Shown in pieces: positions 30,065 through 55,485 of a stretch of DNA of 64,000 nucleotides. Position numbers and translations under genes: made by a program. This stretch comes from the human T2T-CHM13v2.0 reference genome, Homo sapiens: the NCBI RefSeq assembly GCF_009914755.1, contig NC_060932.1. The stretch is one strand, 5' to 3'. The stretch's first letter is position 1. The number at the start of each line of letters is the position of its first letter. Under the pieces are notes generated by a model. It saw nothing but the letters and a program-made list of their open reading frames with translations, had not been told where the DNA came from and did no database searches.

Positions 30065-30830
30065 AACGCACAGCACTTACTGAGGTCAGTGCCAGGCACT
30101 GTGCTAGGTATTACAGATTCAACAGTGAGCAAAGTGAGCAAAATCAGAAAATGCCTTGTTCTCATGGAACTTACAGTACAGTGAAAAAGGCAGGCATTAA
30201 ATAATCTTATTAGTAAGTATAATACCAGAACTCAAAAGTGTGATGAAATGCTCAGAGGCCGGGTGCTGGCTCACACCTGTAATCCCAGGACTTTGGGAGG
30301 TCCAGAAGGAAGGATGGCTGGAGGTCAAAAGTTCAAGACCAGCCTGGGCAACACAGTGAGACACAATGCCTACAAAAAAATTTTTTAATTAGGTCATGGT
30401 GGTACACGCCTCTAGTCCTAACTAATTGGGAAGCTGAGGCAGGAGGATTGCCTGAGCCCAGGAGTTCAAAACTGCAGTGAGCTACAATCATACCACTGCA
30501 CTCCAGCCTGGGCAAGAGAACAAAACCCTTTCTCTTAAAAAAATAAAAATTAAAAAATTTTTTAAATAAATGCTATGAGAGCCTATAATACAGAATCTGA
30601 CCTTGTCAGGTCAAAGAAGTCTTCTTGGAAGTGGTGGTTAAGGCTGAAATTGAAGGATGAGTGGAATAAACAGAAAAAAGGAGGAGAAGGAAAAAGTCCA
30701 GAGGGGGAAGCAGCTTGAATATAAGGTCTAGGGTCTAGGTTAGGAGAAGCATGTTGGGATGTTAGAAGGGACCTGAAGAAAATCAGTGTAGCCAGAGGAA
30801 GGGGGAGGGTGGAGGAAGGAGCCGCAAAAG
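30065..30830 (-). mobile_element. L2 remnant interrupted by a plus-strand AluJ (30257-30560)
   Basis: cacttactgag...gtgccaggcactgtgctagg...ccttgttctcatggaacttacagt typical of the L2 3' end. Confidence 0.7.
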
Positions 30831-30841
30831 GGGCTCAATGG

Positions 30842-31429
<588 letters not shown>

Positions 31430-32377
31430 TAGATATAAAGTGGACTCTGCCCATATATGAAGTATTACCTATCTCTGTGGTCAGTATTGAATGAGTAGGA
31501 AAATGTAAAGTAGTGAAAAATGAGGACTGTCCCAGCTTCATTTTGGGCTAAATATTTTTAGAAAAGTGTTGACCATAAGCTATGAGGCTCACGGTGATCT
31601 TGTCTAAATAGCTGGAGAGACTTTAGGAATGAAAGCACAGTGAAGACACAAAGAAGCTGTAGGAAAAAGTAATTGTTCATTGACAAGCCTACAAAATTTG
31701 CTCACCTAGTGCTCAGTGTTGCAGAGGAAGTGAAGTATATCTTCTCTGTAACTAATCCAGTTTTTCTCATGAGTCCCCATCCACTGGGCATACAAAGGTA
31801 AAACAACAGATTCAATCCGATCTAAGGCAAAACCTTAAAACTGTGCTCTCAGGTAATTTTCACTCTAAGTAAAAATGGCTGCCTTTCAGATTTCCCAGGT
31901 CCTACCTCCCTCCCCAGCTCTCCTCTATGACTACATTTGCCAGGGGAAAGGAGGGCCTGGAAGCCGTGTAATTTCTGTCCTCTGATTTCTCTGACCTCAG
32001 AATGCTGAAATCGGCACCTGGCATCCTTGTGATCTGGCCCTGAAGGACCCTCCCAGGGCCTGGGGAATGTTCAGTGAGGACTCAGCCCCACTCAGGGCTC
32101 ACAAGGGTACCCTCTCTGGAACAGCCACAAAATTTATGTGTGCCAGTTGTACCATAAATTATACGGTTATTCCAGAGAGTACCAGTGACAGAGGGTACCA
32201 ACTGCAGAGAAGCCTAGGACAGCAGGTGAAAGCCAGGCTGCCCTAGGCAAACAAGCATACAGCCCCCTGCAGAGGAATCGCTGCCACACACTCTGCCCAG
32301 GCTTTGGCCCAGGTGCTCACTTTACAACTTCACTTTAAGCAGAACATCTAATACGGAAGCAAAGGGGCTTGGTGAGC

Positions 32378-32800
<423 letters not shown>

Positions 32801-33045
32801 AACAAATTATCTTGCTATAACCAGTAATTACAAAGAAAAAAAATTGTAAAACACCAAAAGCTTGGAAAGCAGACGACAAGCCCACTGCCTGGCCAGCCAA
32901 TCTACCTAAATAACTAATTTATCTCAAAACCTGTTGTCTTTTTGGTGTCCTCAACTTACCACAATATTTCTAAAGTCCCATCTTCAAAAGCTATCCCCAA
33001 AGCAAGCTTTGGGGTTGGCAAGAGCGAATATAAAAACTGACCTCA

Positions 33046-33439
<394 letters not shown>

Positions 33440-33797
33440 TCAAGGCTCCTGACCAAGCTGTCACCACTGGAAGCAGCACGTTCTCAACAGGAGAAATCTA
33501 AGCACTGAGTATTCTAATCTTCATTCTTATTATGTTAAAGGAGAAGCTAAAGAAATTTTTTAAATCCCTTCAAGGGAATGTCTGACTTTAGAAGGCTCTT
33601 ATAATTTTATAGGAAAGACCTTATTATCAATGTCAAAATTGAGTATGAATGTCAAACTTCTCTCCTGCAATAGTCCTATTCTCCCCAAAACAGATGGATG
33701 CTTTAGACTAACTAACAAGGGAGATGGTAACCTATTCAAAAGAAGAAGAACTTTCCCCCAAAAAACCATCTTGATTAGTACAGCTTTTAAACATATT

Positions 33798-34150
33798 TGC
33801 TATGGTTTGAACGTGTCTCCCAAAAAGCATGTGTTGGAAACTTAATCCCCAACACAACAGTGTTGGGGGGTGTGGCCTAATGGGAGGTGGTTAGATCATT
33901 AGGGCTCCACCCTCTGAATGGATTAATGCCAATGATAAAAGGGTTTGAGACTATGAGTCCAACCTCTTGCTCTCTCACTCTTTTTGGCTCTTCCACCACG
34001 GGATGACATAGCAAGAAGGACCTCGCCAAGTGATGATCCCTCCATCTTAGACTTCCCAGCCCCCAGAACCATGAGCCAATAAATTTCTGTTGCATATTAA
34101 TTACCCAGTCTCCAGTATTCTGTTACAGTAGCACAAAACAGGCTAAGACA
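33798..34150 (+). mobile_element. MaLR solo LTR (MSTB group)
   Basis: TGCTATGGTTTGAA start, aataaatttctgtt, ends ggctaagaCA; flanks atatt/atatc. Confidence 0.85.
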
Positions 34151-34224
34151 ATATCATAATCCTATTGCCACTGCTCTTTAACTTTGTACAGCAGCTCACC
34201 TGAACAAATGCATGATGCTAAGTC

Positions 34225-34470
34225 ACAGGATACAACTTACTGGGCATCCACCCTGCCCCAGGCAATATGTTGTGTACTTTACATGAATTATACTCAAACC
34301 TTACAAAAACCCTAAAGAAAATGGTTTTCTATTTTCCTTTTACAAATAAGAAAAGAAGCTTAAAGATATTAAGTAATGATGCCAATGTCAGAGATCTAAC
34401 ATGTGGTGGAGATGAATTCGGCCCAATATTTACTGCAGTACTCTCGGACCCAAGGTCTTTCCATTACTCC
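34225..34470 (-). mobile_element. MIR
   Basis: Degenerate core ttttacaaataagaaaagaagcttaaagatattaagtaa. Confidence 0.55.
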
Positions 34471-34723
34471 AGTTTCTCAAGCAATTCAGGGTACAGAGTT
34501 TAGTTATGACATGCCTCACATCACCCCTCTCCCTGCCAAAAAAAGTCACTATTATCTCTGCAAAGTATAGAAATGTATAAAATTAGATCTGCCGTTGTGC
34601 ATAAAGACAGAAGTTGTTTCTGTCAAACTGAGTATGTAATCATTGTTTGACTAATGTAAAATCAACTTTGGCTTCTTTCTTCCAAGGAATAATACAGTAT
34701 AAAATAGATCATGTGGGGTATTA

Positions 34724-35224
<501 letters not shown>

Positions 35225-35787
35225 TTATATGTAAGCCTGGCAAACTTTCCCATGTGCCAAAACTCACCACCCTCTACTCCACCAACGCCATTACCAACCC
35301 CCATTTTACACCGAGGCTATGACTGAGAAAACCTACGACTTGTATGAGCATTATGATGTCCTGGTGCCAAATGTCATTATTACCCTTGAAAGAGCACTGG
35401 CCAGGGAGATCAATGTTACAAGATGAGCAAAAGCCAAAGTAACTTGGTTGCCCCAAAAATCAAAAATGGTCCTTTCATTTTTATGCCTTCAACTCCTCTC
35501 AATCTTTTGGTGACTTAACCAGGGAGTGCTAGGAAAACCAAATTTAGAGGCTTAAAGGAAACCTGGGAATTTAGAGTGTGATCGTTTGCCTTTGCTTCAA
35601 ACTATGGGACAATTTGACTAGGAAGGCTGCAAACTGCTGAACATCATGTATGAAAATAAAAACTAGGGTTTAGTCACCTTGAGAAAAAAGGGAATATGGA
35701 CCACCCAAGCCAATCACGTGTCAAAGACTTGAGAAAAACCAGGAGTTTTACACTTATTGCTCACAGAGAAAATTTAAAGACATTGCT

Positions 35788-36102
35788 TTATTTATTTATT
35801 TTTGTATTTTGAGACAAAGCTGTGCTCTTATTGCCCAGACTGGAGTGCAATGGTGGGATCTTGGCTCACCACAACCTCCACTTCCTGGGTTCAAGCAATT
35901 CTCCTGCTTTAGCCTGCCTTAGCCTCCCGAGTCGCTGGGATTACAGGCATGCGCCACCATGCTCAGCTAATTCTGTATTTTTAGTAGAGATGGGGTTTCT
36001 CCATGTTGGTCAGGCTGGTCTCGAACTCCCAACCTCAGGTGATCCACCCGCCTCGGCCTCCCAAAGTGCTGCGATTACAGGCGTGAGCCACCGCACCTGG
36101 CC
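35788..36102 (-). mobile_element. AluSp
   Basis: gtttctccatgttggtcagg diagnostic; aaagacat flanks both ends. Confidence 0.9.
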
Positions 36103-36459
36103 AAAGACATCGTTTTAAAGAAAACTAGGAACACCTGTATACTGTGGCAGACACTAACTCAGATGACCCCAGAGCCCCCTCAGCCTCAAGAGTTTTACGG
36201 TTTTATGGCAACATGCACACTTACCCTTGGAAAGTGTGCATTGTGGGTCTGTGTGGGCCTGGGTAGAGACGGTAGAGAAGGATTTCAAAGTCATCCCTCC
36301 TGGATCCATGCTTTTGCTCAGCATCAGCTAAGTATCTTATTCTAAGCAGAGACCACTCATTTTGACACTTTTAGATATCATCAGATGCCATATTAGTCAA
36401 ATAATTAAGTGCTCCTCAAAGGCTAATCATGCCCATGTGGCTAAAAGTATACCCTAGTT

Positions 36460-36810
<351 letters not shown>

Positions 36811-37183
36811 TCATCAAAATTCACATTCTTGATTACAAACAGTTTTCCAATTTCAACACAAAACATTCTTGGAAACTTTGTTACAGGGCTGATGTATTAA
36901 AGATGATTATATATTCCCAAAGGCATCATGTTGTAATTGGATTTTTTTTTACCAATCAAGGCTAACACCAAATAAATAATAGGCATATATGAGCAATAAC
37001 AAGAGATAAAACCAAAGATACATCTACAAATTCCCATGATGAAGCTTAGAGATTTTATATTTAGTCATAAATATTAGCAGTGGAAACCACTTAAGAGATC
37101 TTCTAGGAGCTGTCCCCAACACATTCCCTCTGAGGGACCACACCATTATCTCCTGGGAAGCTTCATAAAGAGCACAAATTTGG

Positions 37184-37613
<430 letters not shown>

Positions 37614-38138
37614 GTAAAATAAAAAGTAAAAATAAAAAACAACACAAGTTCCCAGGCCTCATTCCTATTGGTATGGGTAAGAAACAAAATGCTGTCTCTT
37701 TTAATTTTTCCAGGTGATTCACATGTACATTTAGATTTGGGAATGCTAGATTGGTTATGTGAATTGTTCACAGTTACATGACTAGTATTAGAGCTGGATC
37801 TCAAACCTAGATATTCTGACTTCCAAATCAATGCTCTTTCCACATCAGAGTACCTGCTATACAGAAAGCCCAAATATGCTGCTTATATAAAGGCCTGAAT
37901 ATACTAAACATTATAGTGCTAGAATACATTAAAATGTGCAACCAAATAGAAATATTTAGCTATCAAAAAGATATATTAAAATATGTTAACTAATTCCACA
38001 TGCATTTTTTATTATAAAGGAATTTTCAGGATGATAAAATAACCAAGGTCTAAGTAAGCTCTTCAAAGGAAATTTGCACTGCTCCTTTAAATTTTGATAA
38101 ATTTTCTTGTAGCATATAGAAGTACTTAAAATCATTCA

Positions 38139-39711
<1,573 letters not shown>

Positions 39712-40391
39712 CTAGTGTTTAACACAGCTCTGTGGGTTCTTTAAAAACAAACCAAATAAGCATAAAAGCTATTACCTTTTTTCCCCTTCCCATGATCACT
39801 CGTGCCCCACTGTAGAACTGGAGACAGCCCCTTAGCAGGGCACCAGACCTCGGCTTTGGGTTCAGTGCTGCTGATGACTCCAGGAGGACCACCTGGAATC
39901 AGCTATGGCCCCAGAGAGGAGGTTCCAACCCTCCCTAGAGCGAGGCTCACTGATGTGCACCTCCACCCCTGCTAAAGCCACTGCAGGGCAGCTCCTCGCT
40001 CCCCGAGGACTCCCACATCGCCTCACAGGGCCTTGTTGCCTCCTGGGGTCTTCCCTGCCACTGCCACCAGATAACAAGAGGCTGGCTGGGCACAGGTGCA
40101 GGTGCACTGGCTCACTGGCTAGTGGTGCAGATGCTGTCACTTGCTCTAGTTTTCCCAGTGGCTGTCCAAGGAACAAAATAACATGACCCAGAGTGCTGGG
40201 GCAAACTTTGATCAATCAACAACAGGAAGGAGACAGGGAGTAACTGAAAAATATTTTCTTATTCATTCCTCCCCATCCAAGACATGTTTCCTTTCCAGAG
40301 ACTTCTCATGACTATGCTCCCTGGTGAAACTGCCATCTACATGCTTTTTTCTTTTAATATTTTACTCATAATTTATTCATATCTTGCTTAA

Positions 40392-41974
<1,583 letters not shown>

Positions 41975-42430
41975 ATTTTTTTCAACTTTTATTTTAGAAT
42001 CAGGATGTCCATGTGCATGATGCTGAAGTTTAGGGTATGAATGATCTCGTTACCCAGGTACTGAGCACAGTACCCAACAGCTTTTCAACCTTTTCCCCCG
42101 TCCCTCCTTCTCCCCTCTAGTAGTCCCCAGTGTCTAATGTTGCCATCTTTATGTCCCTGGGTACCCTATGTTGAGTTACCACTTATAAGAGAGAACATGC
42201 AGTATCTGCTCCTGCATTAATTCTAATTCGCTTAGGATAATGGCCTCCAGCTGCAGCTGCATTCATGTTGCTGTGGAGGACATGATTTTGCTATTTTTTA
42301 TGGCTGTGTAGTATTCCACGGTGTATATGAAGATTTTCTTTATCCAATCCTCCATTGATGGGCACTTGGATTGATTCCATGTCTTTGCTCTTGTGAACAG
42401 TGCTATGATGAACATGTGAGTGCATTACAT
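41975..42430 (-). mobile_element. L1 3' end (L1PA15/16-like); its A-rich tail is the RBM4 retrocopy target
   Basis: caacttttattttagaatcagg...tttttatggctgtgtagtattccacggtgtatatg. Confidence 0.85.
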
Positions 42431-42719
42431 CCTTTTTCTTCCTTTCCAACATCACTTCCCTTCCCCCTCACTCTTGCTTCCCTAGCACTGTACCCATAAT
42501 GGAGCTCGAACTCCCCTAGCTAAGACAGAGAGAACTGAAGCATCGGTCACACAGCAGAGGCTCAGTTAAAATAACAAATTAAAAAAAAGAAAAAAGCAGA
42601 CTGCCAGCTTTCAAGACACTTTTATTGGAGGGGAAAAAAAAACCATATAAATGCCTCTGGATGTTTTTCTTCTAGATTTACTGATTAAATGGCTTCATCA
42701 GTTAAAAAAGGAGTCTGAA

Positions 42720-43020
42720 GGCAGGGCATGGTGGCTCACACCTGTAATCCCAGCACTGTGGGAGGCTGAGGCAGAAGGATCACTTGAGGTCAGGAGTTTG
42801 AGACCAGCCTGGCCAACAGTGTGAAACTCTGTCTCTATTAAAAACACAAAAATTAGCTGGGCATTGTGGCGCATGCCTGTAGTCCCAGCTACTTGGGAGG
42901 CTGAGGCAGGAGAATCGCTTGAACAGGGGAGGCAGAGGTTGCAGTAAGCCAAGATCATCCGCTGCACTCCAGCCTAGGTGACAGAGTGAGACTCCATCTC
43001 AAAAAAGAGAAAAAAAAAAG
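42720..43020 (+). mobile_element. AluS
   Basis: Full dimer; TSD aaaaaggagtct. Confidence 0.95.
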
Positions 43021-43470
43021 GAGTCTAAGGAATTTGTATTTACATTTCTAGATATAAAGTTTTGGGCTGTGAATTATATGACTGCCTACCAGTTGCACAC
43101 TTAAATTTTTTCACTGGTCCTCACATGCAACCAAAATATATAGTTATCAATGATCTGATGTCAAATTTAGACACCTGTACTCAGGAAGGTAAAATATGTA
43201 GATGTCAATTACCTTAAGGATTAAATATTTACATGCCTATGGAAGCAAAATATTTTGTGATCAATAATTTACTGACGTTTTTATACCCATTAGGAAGGAA
43301 ATGAATAATTGCATTTAGGTTGTTTATGCATCACAGTTGTGTTAAATTGATAACATGAGGTTGAACAAAGCGTCTGAAAAGTCAAGGGGTTAAATAAATA
43401 AGCACAGTTAATTATTCTTTAGTACATATATACACCTGTATATATGAAAACAGATACCACTAAGCCATCA

Positions 43471-43780
<310 letters not shown>

Positions 43781-43786
43781 CCACAC

Positions 43787-44189
43787 CATACCAGTCTGTT
43801 TTCACACTGCTAATGAAGACAAACTCGAGACTGGGTAATTTATAAAGAAAAAGAGGTTTAATAGACCCACAGTTACACATGGCTGGGGAGGCCTCACAAT
43901 CGTGGTGGAAGGCGAAAGGCATGTCTTATATGGTGGCAGGCAAGGGAATGACAGCCAAGTGAAAGGGGTGAATGAGAGCCGAGCGAAAGGGGAAGCAGAC
44001 AAGAGAGAATGAGAGCCCTTATAAAATCATCAGATCTTGTGAGATTTATTCACTACCATGTGAACAGTCTGGGGGAAACCGCTCCTATGACTCAATTATC
44101 TCCCACTGGGTCTTTTCCACAACACGTGGGAATTATGGGAGCTACAATTCAAGATGAGATTTGGGTGGAGACACAGTCAAACCATATCA
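43787..44189 (-). mobile_element. THE1B/C MaLR solo LTR
   Basis: gactgggtaatttataaagaaaaagaggtttaat...acacagtcaaaccatatca. Confidence 0.9.
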
Positions 44190-44199
44190 CCCACAAAAA

Positions 44200-45725
<1,526 letters not shown>

Positions 45726-46194
45726 AGCACAGACTCTGACAGTAGCAAGGGATACCTCCTGAGACACCCTCAAATTATCCCAAATCATAACTATTACAGC
45801 ATATGATTTCTTCAAAAAAATGGAGTCACGTGAACCACTTCACACAGATGCAAACCATCAAGTTAGTCCAATGTTCTACAATTTAATCTATTTACATTGC
45901 TATCTGCTGCCTAATAAACTGCTATTTTAAAACACTTGACTTTTGTCTTCATTTCCATGATCAGTACATGTAGTTGACTTCCTTCTGAGGGGTCATTTTT
46001 TTCACTAGTAAGCAAAATTTTTAATATTTCAAGGGAGTTCCAACATATGCAAAAAGTATATAACACAAAGCTGGTTGAGAAATAGACACTGGTTCTCAAC
46101 AGTGGGCAAGTGACTCTCTGGCACTCACATTTCTTAAAGGCCAGGGGACTCGAATCTGTGCCCTAGAACAATCTAGATAAGGTATATCAAACTA

Positions 46195-46887
<693 letters not shown>

Positions 46888-46912
46888 TGACAGCAAAGAA
46901 AAACACAATTAA

Positions 46913-47953
<1,041 letters not shown>

Positions 47954-48119
47954 AAGATATTAATATTTCCTATAGCTATAATACTCATTTCCTTCCATGA
48001 AAAGATGACATATTAATATTTGATTTTTAATCTTTCCAGCTAAAAATGTAAGTTCATAAGGTTTTGCTAGATTTAGTTTGGTATAAGGACACAGGCTTTG
48101 GTGAGCCCCATAATGTTTA

Positions 48120-48330
48120 GCAACATGGCAAGACTCCATTTCTAATAAAATGCAAAAATTAGCCAGGTGTGGTGGTGTGTGCCTATAGTCCCAGCTACTC
48201 AGGAGGCTGAGATGGGGGGATCAGTTGAGTCTGAGAGGCAGAAGGTGCAGTGAGCCAAGATCACACCACTGCACTGCGGCCTAGGTGACAGAGCCAGAAC
48301 CTGCCTACGAAAAAGAAAAGAAAGAAAGAA
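48120..48330 (+). mobile_element. 5'-truncated AluJ
   Basis: Linker plus right arm. Confidence 0.85.
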
Positions 48331-48649
48331 TTATGTCTTTACATAATTAAAATTTCCCAAAAGTTATCTTGTAAAACAAAGAAGCCTAGGAATTACATCA
48401 TTTATTAATAATTTTATTACCACCTTTCTGCGTAACTATCTCCTGAGACAAAATGTCTTTGTTAGTTAAATTTTCACTTATATCAAATTAATACCTGCAC
48501 AGAGCTTTAAAGTGAAATCATTTTTTCAGGCCTATAACATAAGACAGCAGTGTCCTGCTTCATCCCTACTCCCGATTTTCACAGGCCAGAGCTCACTGCT
48601 CCAACGCTTTCAGGTGTTTCATCTGTATTCATACTTCAAAAATATCTAA

Positions 48650-48988
<339 letters not shown>

Positions 48989-49004
48989 AGGTTTAGGCCA
49001 GTTT

Positions 49005-49700
49005 CATGCATGCAATCATTTATTCAACAATGTCTACTGGCCAGGCATGGGGACTCATGCCTGTAATCCCAACACTTTGGGAGGTTGAGGCAGGAGAAGC
49101 ACTTCAGGCCAGGAGTTTGAGACTGGCTTTGGCAACACAGTGAGACCTCATTTCTACAAGCTTTTTTTTTTTTTTTTTTAAAGAAAAGCAATGTCTACTG
49201 AGGCCTGCCATATGCCAGGCACTGTTCTAAGCAGTAGGGCTATAGCAATGAACAAAGCAAAGTCCCTGTTCCTACAACTGATAAACCAGTCACCAAAGGA
49301 GTAAGAGGGCTTCAGGGAGTGATAAGGGTTATGAAGAAAGAAAATACGGCAGGGGTTTATGTCCTCAGAGTGGTGAGGGAGGGAAGCACTATGTCAGAGA
49401 GAAGGAGAGGATGAGATCGCCTTGAGAAAATGTCATCTGGGCACAGATCTGACCGGTGTAAAGGAGTAAGCCAGAAATGCACCCCAGTTGGAGCAATGGC
49501 AAGTGAAAGATTCTGGGGCTGGAAAATGCTTCCATGTCTGAGGGCTGCGAGCAGAGCAGCATGGGGAGGAGGAACAAGGAGGACGGTAAGGGATAAGCAT
49601 GGGCAGAACGTGTGTGCTCGCAGGCTACCATAAGGACTAGGGACTTGAATGAGGTGGGGTCACTGGAGGAGCCTGAGAGAACCCCCAGGCTGGATTACTT
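49005..49700 (-). mobile_element. L2 3' region interrupted by a plus-strand FLAM (49039-49160)
   Basis: tcatttattcaacaa...tatgccaggcactgttctaag; FLAM TSD caatgtctactg. Confidence 0.75.
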
Positions 49701-49730
49701 TATGTCAAATACTGTAAAAATAATTATCTG

Positions 49731-50432
<702 letters not shown>

Positions 50433-51373
50433 ATGACCTTCATTTTTATGTCCAACTTTATTACTGCCAAACACTCTAATTAAGCCCATTTCTTTGCCAC
50501 TTCCCAAAAAAGTCTTAAATCTGGCACACTATAAATGACAATTACCTACTATCTACATTCAATACACAGTTTCCAAAATAAAGCTAACCTCTGGAGAAAA
50601 AAACTAGTAAGAATCAACATGAAATGGATGAGATCAGCAGAAATCTCTACTCCTGAGAATGGGTCATAGATATGTCACTCATGAAGCCTTAGGAGACACC
50701 CAGTACAAGATGACCAGGGGTGGCGGTATAAGGAAATCTTTCAAGGTTGCTATCCCATCAATGGTGATATAATCATGTTGGACTGTACTTGTTCCTTTTC
50801 TGTGTTTCTCCAACACAGAAGAGGCCTGGCAAATGGTGACCCTCCAAAGAGCCATTCTAGAACTGAATGTTGAGATGGAACTAAAAGGACAGATATCAAG
50901 ATTCCAAAGTAACCATGAGGACATAGAGACCAGAGACCTCTGCAGAAAGAAGCTGGCTGTGGTCTGCAAAATGCCAGGTGCTGGGAAGCTGTCCCATATG
51001 ACTACCCACAGCAGAGATGCAGCTTCCTAGGAAAAGAAACTATAAAAGCAACAAGTCCAGCAAGGAAATTTCAAATGCCAGAAACCACCTCAGAATAAAA
51101 AAAAGTTCACTTGCATCACCTACCAGACCCACCCAAAGACACCAGCTCCAACCACCTGCCAGGTTCAGAGGACGTAAAGCCACCCAGCCAATTAAGAAAT
51201 GTCCTGTGCCTTCATTCTCCTTCCTGTCCTCACTGCAACTCTGACAGGCTCCAGAAAGCAGCTGGAGAGGGAGGGAGAAGAGGAACCAGGAAAGGGTATA
51301 GAGCAGAAAGACCATGGCAGCCTTCCAGTGGGGAAGGGGTCTGAGCTGGGGAATGCAAAAAGATACAACTGGT

Positions 51374-51673
51374 GGCCAGGTGCGGTAGCTCATGCCTGTA
51401 ATCCCAGCACTTTGGGAGGCCGAGGTGGGTGGATGACTTGAGGTCAGGAATTCGAGACCAGCCTGGCCAGCATGGTGAAATGCCGTCTCTACTCAAAATA
51501 CAAAAATTAGCCAGGTGTGGTGGCGCACACCTGTAGTCCCAGCTACTCAGGAGGCTGAGGCACGAGAATCTCTCGAACACAGGAGGCAGCAGTTGCAATG
51601 AGTCGATATCACACCACTGCACTCCAGCCTGGGTGACAAGGCAAGATCCTATTACAAAAAAAAAAAAAAAAAT
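51374..51673 (+). mobile_element. AluS
   Basis: Full dimer. Confidence 0.95.
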
Positions 51674-52366
51674 ACTTGGACAGTGTCCTTTGGCGCCTGG
51701 CACAGAGTAGGTACCAATTAATGACAGTGATCATTATTACTGCTCCTTTGTTAGGGACAAAGGAAGCTAATGAGGCTTTCTCATTTCTTGGATGGTCCAT
51801 TGCTCAAGTGTTTACTGTAATTCTAAGCTCACTAAGCAACCTCATGATTCTAATGCCATTCTCTGTCTAACCTGATCATCAGGACTAGGTACCCTGAGCA
51901 ATAAACATCAGTACTCCTGTTCCCATGCAAAGACACCAACAAGTTGGTTTTTTATTATAAGCATGAATCTCCTATGTAGGTCAATGCCATTCGGTTCATT
52001 AAAGTTTTACTGATTCTTTGTGAACTGAAAAAACTGACTAGATATTGAAGAATGAGGACTGCAGCAGAGGTCTGACCCTTGAGAGGCCCTGCCTGAACAG
52101 TCAGGCTCCCTCCTGGGTGTGCCTCTCTTTTTAATTACACGTGATCACATGAAGGCACTGAGAAATCCCGAAGCATCCTCTGAAACAAAGGAAGCATCGA
52201 CTAGGTCTGCTCTCAGTTTTTCTTAATGTATTTCATTACAAGCCTCTGGGAATTCGTCATCCATAGATGGTGTATGGAGAGATACTTCATCGCTCGGGAG
52301 ACCTTTTCAACCAGAACACCTGCTCTCTACCACATCGGGTCATGGAGGACTACAACAGTGATTCCA

Positions 52367-52686
<320 letters not shown>

Positions 52687-53252
52687 TCAATAAACTAGTC
52701 TAAAAAAAATAACTCCTTCAGTGGTGGCTAGAGAATTGTTAATGTAGCTAAATCCTTGCATTTCTCAAAGACTCAAACCAGACACAGTATTCGCATATTT
52801 CACTGCTTAAAGTCTTTAACTAGTACCTCCAGAAACGTGTTTATATTCAGAAAATGATTCATCTCTAGGAAGAAGGAAAAACAAGGTTACAAAGGTAACA
52901 AACAAAATTTAAAATGTAAAATGTTTGCAAAAGCTTCCAGGCCACATAATCCTGTGAGTTTCCTTTATCCTTAATTAGGTCAGCTTTTGATACTTCCATC
53001 ATTTTTTCAGCATTTTCTTTTTCAATACTGCTGCCCCAGAATCCCATTTGCAGTTTTAATTGACCTACTTAATTAGGATTTGGAACACTCAGACAGAAGA
53101 GTGTGTTGTCTTCATTCTGTTTTGCTCAATAGACCTTATAAATAAATTGAATTTCTAATTCTGTTTGTTAAAAACCAGGCACCTTAGGCAATTCCAAGAC
53201 CCAAATATTCAGGTTTAATTATGGTCATGAGTGTCTATTCAAATATGGTCTA

Positions 53253-53650
53253 GGCCAGGCACAGTGGCTCACACCTGTAATCCCAATACTTTGGGAGGGC
53301 GAGGCAGAGAGACTGCTCGAGCCCAGGATGTCAAGACCAGCCTGGACAACATTATGAGACCCCCGTCTCTACAAAAAAATTTTTTTTTTTATTAGCCAGA
53401 TATGGCGGCAAGCACCTGTAGTCCCAGCAGCTACTCAGGAAGCTGAGGCAGGACAAAAGGGAGTAGCCTTTTGTCCTTCAAAAGGTTATTCTAACTCCAG
53501 TGACTCCTCAACACTATCCTATGATGTGATGGAAAGTCTTAAACCAACATTTGAGTCCAGGAGTTGGAGGATGGAGTGAGCTATGATCATGCCACTGCAT
53601 TCCAGCCTGAGCGACAGAGTGAGATCCTGTCTCCAAAACAAACAAAAAAC
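53253..53650 (+). mobile_element. AluJ carrying a ~100-nt non-Alu insertion in the right arm
   Basis: TSD caaatatggtcta; Alu sequence stops at ~53453 and resumes at ~53551. Confidence 0.9.
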
Positions 53651-53785
53651 AAATATGGTCTAGGTGAAGGAGCACACAGTCAGGAGTCAGTACACCTTGG
53701 TTCTCCACTGGTGTACTGCAATGGTACTAACCACTGCAATCTTGGCACATCCCTAACACTCCTGAGCCTCAGTCTCTCACCTTTA

Positions 53786-54152
<367 letters not shown>

Positions 54153-54476
54153 CTAAGAATATTTTCTGAGCACCTACTGTGTACAAAGCAGTGCGCTATA
54201 TACAGTGGGTGGGAGGAGGAACAAAGATGAATTGATGTTGTCTATCGTGAACTCTACACTGCACTAGGGAAGAGAAGGTCATACAGTATAAGACCAAACG
54301 CCATAGCTGCCTTATTTATCTTCTGTATTCCTCATGATTGGCACTGTGCCTGATATATAGTACTCAATGAAATGACATAAAGGACATACAAAATGCTCTG
54401 TGGGCACTGAGAGAAGAAGGGCTTTATCTGATGGAGAGGAATCAGGAATGGTTTGTAGGTGTTATATCCGAGTTGA

Positions 54477-54785
54477 TTTTTTTTTTTTTTTTTTTTTTTT
54501 TTGAGACAGAGTCTCACTCTGTCACCCAGGCTGGAGTGCAGTGACACGATCTTGGCTCACTGCAACTTTCTCCTCCCAGGTTTAAGCGATTCTTGTGCCT
54601 CAGCCTACTGAGTAGCTGGGATTACAGGCACCCATGACCATACCTGGCTAATTTTTGTATCTTTAGTAGAAGCAGGGTTTCACCATGTTAACCAGGCTGG
54701 TCTCAAACTCCTGACCTCAGGTGATCTGCCCACCCCAGCCTTGCAAAGTGCTGGGATTACAGGCGTGAGCCGCCGCGTCTGGCCT
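54477..54785 (-). mobile_element. AluS
   Basis: TSD gagttga(t/c)tttt. Confidence 0.95.
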
Positions 54786-55122
54786 GAGTTGACTTTTAAA
54801 AGGTGGTTTTAACTCCAGGGACTGACTCCTCAACACCATCCTATGATGTGATGGAAAAATCTTAAGCCAACATTGAAGGTTCTCCAAGCTCTGGTCCCAA
54901 TATGTCCTTCAATCTTTATCTTTCCCTTACCCAGAACTAAGCTATAGCCAACCACTCTGCTTGATGTACCTCAGATATTACTTGTAATTGTTTTCCTCCA
55001 TGCCTCCATTCATGCTATTCTTCATACTGAAATATCCTCCAATCTCAACGTTATCCAACCCCAATATCCTTCAAGGCCCACTTCAAATTCAAATTTCTTA
55101 CTTTTTAAAGGAGGGGTTATGA

Positions 55123-55485
<363 letters not shown>

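Noticed and set aside
39862-40215. GC-richer unique region with 117-aa and 93-aa ORFs on opposite strands
   Set aside because: No recognisable domain, no CpG island and no convincing splice-site pair; chance ORFs
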